A stretch of DNA of 64,000 nucleotides. Source: an uncultured delta proteobacterium (GTDB lineage Bacteria > Myxococcota > Myxococcia > Myxococcales > Anaeromyxobacteraceae). The stretch spans positions 64,001 through 128,000 of the forward strand of contig CAWJSR010000026.1 of the NCBI GenBank assembly GCA_963845515.1. The letters are read 5' to 3'. A program made the position numbers and the translations under genes. Below are positions 56,372-64,000 of this stretch, in pieces; positions within the stretch are counted from its first letter, which is position 1, and each line of letters opens with the position of its first letter. The notes beneath the pieces are model-generated. The model was not told the origin of the DNA. It made no database searches and saw only the letters and a list, made by a program, of their open reading frames with translations.

Positions 56372-57541
56372 ATGCGCACCTGCACGTTGCTCGCCGCCGT
56401 CCTGCTCGCTGGCTGCGCCCACCTCCCCTTTGGGCAGGCGTCTAAGCCGCCGCTGGTCATCAGCGAAGACGGCCAGACGGTGACCGCGGGGGGCGAGCTG
56501 TGGACCGCGCCCGAGGGCGTCGCCTTCTACCAGCGCGGCAGCGTCCTGCACGTCGTCTCCAGCGCGCCGGGCCGCACCTGGGACGTCGCGGTCTCGGTGG
56601 GGGCGGGCGGGAAGCTCGCGTGGCCGGCGGCGGCGCCGTTCGAGCCCAGGGAGGGCAGCCTCCACCTGCTCGCCGCCAAGGCGGACCCCGAGGTCGCGCT
56701 GCTGATCGACACCGCCCAGCTCCACCCGCACGACGACCACTACCACCTCACGCACCGCTTCCTGAACCCGGACTGGCAGGCGCTCTACCGCCTGCGCGAG
56801 GAGGACTCGCCGCTGTCTCCGATCCGTCGGCAGGTCGCGGCCACGATCCTCGCGCTCCTGCTCGACGAGCGGCTCCCCGGCAGCTCGGCGGAGGCGACCA
56901 GCAAGGCGCTCCACCGGGTGGTCTCCATCATCGGCAAGGCACGGCGGGCCGTAGAGTCGGAGACCGGCGTGCGCGCCATCGAGGCGATCATCACGCATGA
57001 CTTCGAGATCCGCGACGACGGCCAGACCATGGAGATCGAAGGGCAGGTCTTTCACGCGGCGGCGCCCGTCCGGTTCGCGTATTGCGCGGACCACTTTCAC
57101 GTCGAGGAGGCGAGCGGCAAGTGGGCCCAGCCGGTGGAGTTCGAGGCTCCCAGCGGCGGCTTCGCCTGGCCGGGCTCGATCTTCTTCGAGCTCCGACCCG
57201 ACGGGACGATCGGCGATCGGCCGCCCTCCAGCCGCTGGCGCCGGCTCTCGGACAGCGGCCAGGTCCGGTTCACGCGCGATCACTGGCACATCACGGAGGC
57301 CTACGACCACCCCCGCCTCCAGGCCATCCTGAAGGCGGTCGCGAGCCCCGACGTCCCGGAGACGCTCAAGGACAAGGCGCGCGCGCTGGCCCTCGACGTC
57401 ATGCGGCTGCGGCTCGACGTCGGCTCCGACGCCGAGTTCGAGGCGCGGCTCGACGCCATCGATCAGGCGATCGACCGGGCGGGGGCCGAGCTGGACAAGG
57501 ACCTCCCCAAGGCCGCCGGACCGCCGGCGAAGAAGCGGTGA
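56372..57541 (+). CDS. hypothetical lipoprotein with internal duplication and His-rich motifs
   Basis: Lipobox LLAGC; HDDHYH, DHFH, DHWH motifs; two similar halves. Confidence 0.8.
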   Translation: MRTCTLLAAVLLAGCAHLPFGQASKPPLVISEDGQTVTAGGELWTAPEGVAFYQRGSVLHVVSSAPGRTWDVAVSVGAGGKLAWPAAAPFEPREGSLHLLAAKADPEVALLIDTAQLHPHDDHYHLTHRFLNPDWQALYRLREEDSPLSPIRRQVAATILALLLDERLPGSSAEATSKALHRVVSIIGKARRAVESETGVRAIEAIITHDFEIRDDGQTMEIEGQVFHAAAPVRFAYCADHFHVEEASGKWAQPVEFEAPSGGFAWPGSIFFELRPDGTIGDRPPSSRWRRLSDSGQVRFTRDHWHITEAYDHPRLQAILKAVASPDVPETLKDKARALALDVMRLRLDVGSDAEFEARLDAIDQAIDRAGAELDKDLPKAAGPPAKKR

Positions 57542-57712
57542 CGGGTCGCCCCTTCTTCGGCACCGCCATGCGCCCCCGATGGGGCGCATAGTGAATATCT
57601 TGAATGGCTCAGCCGCGCGGGCGTCAGACTGCCAGAGGTTCGCGCCGGCTAGCGCACGCTGGGGACGCATTCCGGCGATCCCGATCCCCCCGCATACGTG
57701 AGGTAGTCCACC

Positions 57713-58042
57713 ATGATGAAGTTCCTAACCGCTCTCGTCGCGGTCGCCTTCGCGGTCGTCGCCGTCGCTGCCGAGCCGGCTGCGCCTGCCGCTGCGCCTG
57801 CCGCTGCGCCCGCCGCTGCCCCTGCCGCTGCGCCCGCTGCAGCGCCCGCTGCTGCTCCGGTCGCCGCCCCTGCGGAGGCCGCGAAGGCCGCCCCGGTGGT
57901 GAAGGCCCCGACGAAGAAGAAGGCCGCCGCGAAGACCGTGAAGGCCGTGGCGCCCGCCAAGACCGAGACCGCCCCGGCTGCCGCTCCGGCACCGGCACCG
58001 GCTCCGGCTGCCGCTCCGGCTCCGGCCGCGGCTCCCAAGTAG
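57713..58042 (+). CDS. secreted Ala/Pro/Lys-rich low-complexity protein
   Basis: GAGGT RBS, signal peptide MMKFLTALVAVAFAVVAVAA, (AAPA)n repeats, downstream terminator. Confidence 0.78.
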   Translation: MMKFLTALVAVAFAVVAVAAEPAAPAAAPAAAPAAAPAAAPAAAPAAAPVAAPAEAAKAAPVVKAPTKKKAAAKTVKAVAPAKTETAPAAAPAPAPAPAAAPAPAAAPK

Positions 58043-58078
58043 AGATAGGCGAGCCGACTTTCACTCGATGGAAGTCCG

Positions 58079-58110
58079 ACGGGCCACCCGCGCTGCGGGT
58101 GGCCCGTTTT
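58079..58110 (+). terminator. intrinsic terminator
   Basis: ACGGGCCACCCGC-gct-GCGGGTGGCCCGT then TTT. Confidence 0.8.
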
Positions 58111-58113
58111 CAC

Positions 58114-59277
58114 TCAGCGGCGCAGCGCTGCGAGCCGCCGGATGCCCTCGGCGAGCGTCTCGTCGCGCTTGCAGAAGGCAAACCGGACGAGCCGCTTCAC
58201 CGGCGCCTCCTCGCCGTAGAAGGCCGAGACCGGTATGGCCGCGACGCCGCAGCGCAGTGGCAGGGTGCGGCAGAACTCCAGGTCGTCGCCGCCCGGCCCA
58301 AGGTCTGCGATGGCGAAGTAGGTCCCTTCGACCGGGAGGACGTCGAGCCCTGCGGCCGTGAGCCCCGCCGTGAGCGCGTCGCGGCGGACCCGGTAGGCGG
58401 AGACCAGCTCCGCGAAGAAGGCATCGCCCGCCCCCAGCGCCACAGCGACCGCGTGCTGGAACGGCGTGCCGTTCGTGAAGGTGATGAACTGGTGGGCCGC
58501 CCGCAGCCCGGCGCTCAGGGAGGCCGGGGCGCAGGCCCAGCCGATCTTCCAGCCGGTGCAGCCGAAGGTCTTGCCGGCGGAGGAGATGACGACCGTGCGC
58601 TCCCGCATCCCGGGCAGCGCGGCCAGCGAGAGGTGGGGCCCATCGAAGGTGAGGTGCTCGTAGACCTCGTCGGTGATCGCCAGCAGGTCGCGGCGGCGGC
58701 AGAGCTCCGCGATCGCCTCCAGCTCGACGAGCGAGAACACCTTCCCCGTTGGGTTGTGCGGCGTGTTGACCACGATGGCGCGGGTGCGGGGACCGACCGC
58801 CGCCTCCAGCGCCCGCGCGTCCAGCCCGAAGGCTGGCGGCTCCAGCCGGACCGAGCGCCAGCTGGCGCCAGCCATGGCCAGATCGGGCCGGTAGGCGTCG
58901 TAGAACGGCTCGAAGACGATCGCCTCGTCTCCAGGCTCCAGGAGCCCCACGATCGTCGCGTGGAGCGCCTCGGTGGCGCCGGCGACCACCGTCACCTCCT
59001 CCAGCGGATCGTACCGGAGGCCGTGGAAGCGCACCTGATGCGCCGCGATCGCCTCGACGAGCGGCTGGATCCCGTAAGGGCGCGCGTACTGGTTGTGGCC
59101 ATCCCGGATCGCGCTGACGGCCGCCTCCTTCACGAAGTCGGGCGCGTCGAAGTCCGGGAAGCCCTGTCCCAGGTTGACCGCGCCGGTGCGAACCGCGAGC
59201 GCCGTCATCTCGGTGAAGATCGAGGTGCCGAAGGGGCGCAGCGCCTTGCGCACGCGGGAGCTGTCGGAGGCGACCAT
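58114..59277 (-). CDS. PLP-dependent class I/II aminotransferase (YbdL/DapC-like)
   Basis: AVNLGQGFPDF, NQYA, GATEA, NTPHNPTGK, TDEVYEH, SSAGKTF..TGWKIGW, VRFAFCK. Confidence 0.92.
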   Translation of the reverse strand: MVASDSSRVRKALRPFGTSIFTEMTALAVRTGAVNLGQGFPDFDAPDFVKEAAVSAIRDGHNQYARPYGIQPLVEAIAAHQVRFHGLRYDPLEEVTVVAGATEALHATIVGLLEPGDEAIVFEPFYDAYRPDLAMAGASWRSVRLEPPAFGLDARALEAAVGPRTRAIVVNTPHNPTGKVFSLVELEAIAELCRRRDLLAITDEVYEHLTFDGPHLSLAALPGMRERTVVISSAGKTFGCTGWKIGWACAPASLSAGLRAAHQFITFTNGTPFQHAVAVALGAGDAFFAELVSAYRVRRDALTAGLTAAGLDVLPVEGTYFAIADLGPGGDDLEFCRTLPLRCGVAAIPVSAFYGEEAPVKRLVRFAFCKRDETLAEGIRRLAALRR

Positions 59278-59286
59278 CCGTAGATA

Positions 59287-59808
59287 CTACCCGGCTCGTC
59301 GAGCCAGGCACCGCTGGAGGAAGTCCAGGCGGAAGCCGGCGCCCTCCAGCTCCTCCTCGCTGGCGATCGGCAGTCCGGGGAGCTGCTCCAGGAGGACGCG
59401 CACGAAGAGGCCCGCGCCGGCCGAGCCGGGCGCGCCTCCGCGAGCGGACCAGACCGGCGCGCTGCGGAGCCCGCAGGACGGCGAGCCCTCCTTCGTGACC
59501 CACCCGTGGAGACCGAGCGCGGAGAGCTCATCTGCGCGCCGCCGGGCATACTGCCGCATCGCCTCCGTGTGATCGACGCCGCTCTGCTCCCCCACGAGCC
59601 GCGGAGCGACCTGCGAACCGGCGAGCAGGATCGGCTCGCGCGGCACCCCCATCCCGAGCTCCACCTCTGGACAGACCGGGATCCACTCCACCAGCGGGCC
59701 GAGCGCCCCCATCAGGAGCTCGTGCCGCTTGTCCCGGCCGTCGTACCGGACCCTCTCTCCGGCGAGGCAGGCCGAGATGCCGACCCGCGGCTTTACTGGC
59801 GCGGCCAT
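59287..59808 (-). CDS. DUF523 (2-thiouracil desulfurase-like) protein
   Basis: [41 protein letters not shown]. Confidence 0.9.
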   Translation of the reverse strand: MAAPVKPRVGISACLAGERVRYDGRDKRHELLMGALGPLVEWIPVCPEVELGMGVPREPILLAGSQVAPRLVGEQSGVDHTEAMRQYARRRADELSALGLHGWVTKEGSPSCGLRSAPVWSARGGAPGSAGAGLFVRVLLEQLPGLPIASEEELEGAGFRLDFLQRCLARRAG

Positions 59809-59928
59809 GACCGGAGCGAGCGTAGGCCGGAGTGGCACCGGCGCGCCACGTGGCGCCCATACGGACGTGCCCTTCGGGGCGTCGCGGATGGCCTTGCGCC
59901 CGCCATCCTCCGGCCTATCGAAGTGTCC

Positions 59929-60414
59929 ATGAGAGGCGCGGTGATAGCCCTTATGCTCGGCGCGGCGACGATCAAGGTCGGCGACAAGGCCCCCGACTTC
60001 ACCCTCCCGGACACCGACGGCAAGCCCGTGGCGCTCTCGGGGCTCCTGGCCGATGGTCCCGTCATACTGGCCTTCTACACGAAGGCCTTCACCTCGGGTT
60101 GAACGCGCGAGGTTCAGGCGTACCGGGACCGGCACGCGGAGATATCGAAGAAGGGCGCGAGGGTGGTCGGGATCTCGACCGACAGCGTCGAGACGCAGCG
60201 AAGGTTCAAGGAGCAGTACGGCCTGCCCTACCCGCTCCTCTCCGACTCGGGCGGCAGGGTGGCCCGGCAGTACGCCGGCGTCATCCCGGTGGTCGGGCGC
60301 GCCAACCGCGCCACCTTCGTCGTCGGCCAGGACGGGCGGATAACGGAGATCATCACCGGCGGCGACGCCATCGATCCCGGGGGCGCCATCGCCGCCTGTC
60401 CCTCACGGCACTGA
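59929..60414 (+). CDS. peroxiredoxin (AhpC/TSA, BCP-like), probable selenoprotein
   Basis: [13 protein letters not shown]...[14 protein letters not shown](60100-60102)-TREV...VVGISTDS...LPYPLLSD...RATFVV in one frame; TGA at the peroxidatic Cys position. Confidence 0.88.
60118..60137 (+). promoter_or_regulatory. putative bacterial SECIS hairpin
   Basis: GCGT-a-CCG-[GGAC]-CGG-c-ACGC; G-initial apical loop 23 nt after the UGA. Confidence 0.6.
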
Positions 60415-60487
60415 GTGCCGCGCGCCTTTGAGTTCGGGCGAACGTGGGGGATACTCGGCGCCGCAGCCAGCTACGGGGAGACGCGGC

Positions 60488-60721
60488 TTGCCGGACCCGA
60501 CGATCGCCATCCAGATCGACACTACGGGGATGCGCTGCCCGCTACCGGTGCTGGCGCTGGGAAACGCCACGTCGGCCGCCGTCCACGGGACGCTGGTGGA
60601 GATCACGGGCGACTGCCACACCTTCGAGGCGGACGTCCGGCGCTACTGCGCGCGCCGCGGGAAGACGGTCGTGGCGGTCAGGGGGACCGCGCCCAGGTTC
60701 ACCGTCCAGATCCGCTTCTGA
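60488..60721 (+). CDS. TusA/SirA-family sulfur carrier
   Basis: IDTTGMRCPLPVL, VEITGDCHTFEADV; TTG start inferred from GGGGAG RBS. Confidence 0.85.
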   Translation: MPDPTIAIQIDTTGMRCPLPVLALGNATSAAVHGTLVEITGDCHTFEADVRRYCARRGKTVVAVRGTAPRFTVQIRF

Positions 60722-60727
60722 CGCCGC

Positions 60728-62125
<1,398 letters not shown>

Positions 62126-63589
62126 CTAGCCCCTCCACGCCGGCGCCGCCGGCAGCCTGACCGTGAACCGCGCCCCACCGGTCGGTGAGTCCCCCGACTC
62201 CAGCTCGCCGCCGTGCGCCTGGACGATCCCCTGCGAGACCGCGAGACCGAGGCCGGTGCCCGTCTCCTTCGTCGTGAAGAACGGCTCGAAGAGCCGCGCG
62301 CGTGCGTCGGGCGAGAGCCCGGGCCCCGTGTCGTCGACGGTGAGGCGCGCCCCGCCGCCGGGCTCGGCGGCCACGCCGACGTCCACCCTGCCCCCCGGCC
62401 CGCTCGCCTCCGCAGCGTTCTTCACGAGGTTGAGGATCACCTGCCGGAGCTTCTGTGGGTGGCCCATCACGCTCCCGGATCCAGCCACGTGGACCGCGAC
62501 CCCCTCGAGCACCTTCGCCTCCCCGAGCCGCGCGACCACCTCGTCGGCGAGCGCGCGGAGGTCGGCCTCCTCGGGGGCGTTCGCGAGCGGACGGGAGAGA
62601 TCCAGCAGCCCGTCGACGATGAGCTTCGCGCGCACCGTCTCGCCCTCGATCACCCCGAGATCCTCGGCGAGGCTGCCCTCGGCCTTCCGCTGGAGGAGCC
62701 GGGTGTAGCCGAGTATGACCGCCAGCGGGTTGTTGATCTCGTGGGCGACCCCGGCCGCCAGGCGGCCGATCCCCGCCAGCTTCTCGCTCTGGACGAGCTG
62801 CCGCTGGTGCTCGCGAAGCGACGCGGTCATCGCGTTGAACTGCCCAGCGAGCGCCCCGAACTCGTCCGGCGTGGAGATCTCGATCCGCGCATCGAGGGCG
62901 CCGGCCGCGATCCTGGCCGCTCCCTCGTGGAGCCGCGCCACCGGCACGGCCACCGACCGGTGAACGTAGGCGCCGACCCCGGCTGCGAGGAGCGGCGCGA
63001 AGAGCGTGAAGAAGACGGTCCAGCGGAGCGCCTGGCGCTGCGCCTCTGCGACCCGCCCCTGGAACGCGGCGATGTCGGCCTCGAAGCCGGTCACCAGGCA
63101 GTCGACGCGCTCCTGGATCTCGGTCACCTCGACCTGGGCGGCAGAGTGCGCCGCCTGGATCTCGATCCGATCCCGGCGCAGCACCGCCGGTACGATCCGC
63201 GCCCGGAAGATCCGGTCGAGCTCCCCGGTCGCCCGCTCCGCGCCGGAGATGCACTCCCGCTCCCGCTCACCGACCGCGAGCCCCCCCACCCTTCGGGTCA
63301 GGGCGCCGACGCGCAGCTCCGCCTCGGTGTAAAAGCCCAGGTGGGTGTCGTTGCCGAGGATGATGGTGTGGGCCTGATGGGCGTACTGGTCGCGCACCGC
63401 GCTCGCCAGCTCCAGCGCCAACCGCATCCCCTCCTCCTGGCGCCTCATCGCGACGACCCCGTCGTCGATCTCGCGGAAGCGGGCGAGGATCGACCAGGAC
63501 GCGGCGGCGAAGGCCACGACCAGCAGCGCGAAGGCTACGAAGAGACGGCGGGCCGTTCCCGCTCTGGGACGCAAGTGCAACTCCCTCAT
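62126..63589 (-). CDS. HAMP-domain sensor histidine kinase
   Basis: Two TMs, HAMP (DEFGALAGQFNAM), SEKLAGIGRLAAGVAHEINNPL, QVILNLVKNA, DTGPG, FEPFFTTK..GTGLGL. Confidence 0.94.
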   Translation of the reverse strand: MRELHLRPRAGTARRLFVAFALLVVAFAAASWSILARFREIDDGVVAMRRQEEGMRLALELASAVRDQYAHQAHTIILGNDTHLGFYTEAELRVGALTRRVGGLAVGERERECISGAERATGELDRIFRARIVPAVLRRDRIEIQAAHSAAQVEVTEIQERVDCLVTGFEADIAAFQGRVAEAQRQALRWTVFFTLFAPLLAAGVGAYVHRSVAVPVARLHEGAARIAAGALDARIEISTPDEFGALAGQFNAMTASLREHQRQLVQSEKLAGIGRLAAGVAHEINNPLAVILGYTRLLQRKAEGSLAEDLGVIEGETVRAKLIVDGLLDLSRPLANAPEEADLRALADEVVARLGEAKVLEGVAVHVAGSGSVMGHPQKLRQVILNLVKNAAEASGPGGRVDVGVAAEPGGGARLTVDDTGPGLSPDARARLFEPFFTTKETGTGLGLAVSQGIVQAHGGELESGDSPTGGARFTVRLPAAPAWRG

Positions 63590-63803
63590 GGGACGCCAGC
63601 GAGCCGGAGCCATCGTGCACCCAACAGTGGTGGAAGAGAGGCCCCACCGGGCACGGGGAATGTACCGGAGAACGCACGGTTCCGCTGCGGCGTCGTGGCA
63701 CATAGGAACATCCCCTGATGCAGCGGCGACCTCGCGACTCGCCGTGAGAGTCGGCCTAGAATGCCCGCCGGAGTTTTACTCTACGTGTCAAACACTGCGA
63801 GAC

Positions 63804-64000
63804 ATGGCCTGCTTGGAGAGCGGACCACACCACGGGACGCCGGGTTCCTGAACGCTGCGCATTCGCCGCGGCGCGTCGCTGCGTGGCGCGAGGCCTACTT
63901 CTACGGGATCCTGGTCGCCGCGGTCTTCGTGCCGTTCGACTTCCTGTACGCCGGTAGGCTGGAGCTGACGCTCTCCGCCCGCGGCGCGCTGATCGGGGTC
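63804..64000 (+). CDS. possible N-terminus of a membrane protein (runs off window)
   Basis: Frame ending at 64000 reads ..WREAYFYGILVAAVFVPFDFLYAGRLELTLSARGALIGV; nearest ATG (63804) is in another frame, so the start is unresolved. Confidence 0.35.

Noticed and set aside
57770..58040. 12-bp tandem repeats as a CRISPR array or VNTR element
   Set aside because: They encode AAPA repeats in a secreted protein; there are no unique spacers and no cas genes

Overview
Very GC-rich bacterial chromosome segment, gene-dense, with content and style consistent with an Anaeromyxobacter-like Myxococcota (inference). Housekeeping genes include panB-panC-smpB, GTP-dependent PEPCK, a eukaryote-type citrate synthase, pncB, a cystathionine beta-synthase/gamma-lyase pair, an RlmI-type methyltransferase, epmA and ppnP. 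The main accessory feature is a ~19 kb putative carboxylate-uptake block (24.7-43.8 kb). It holds two solute:sodium symporter/small-partner pairs (VC_2705-type + DUF4212; ActP + DUF485), an MHS transporter, NhaD, three tandem CBS/DUF294 nucleotidyltransferases with a DEDDh nuclease, a Ser/Thr kinase-USP/metallophosphoesterase pair and a decayed lutABC operon. Four of its intergenic regions share a 13-bp-periodic palindrome centred on TGCGCGCA. Other notable items: a peroxiredoxin with an in-frame TGA at the catalytic Cys position plus a SECIS-like hairpin (probable selenoprotein), a ~15-heme cytochrome, a large surface lipoprotein with 35-aa repeats bearing variable loops, and two families of structured dispersed repeats. 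About ten single-base frameshifts fall in otherwise intact genes and are probably assembly errors. No rRNA, tRNA, CRISPR array or transposase was recognised. All family calls are from motif recognition by eye, with no database search.
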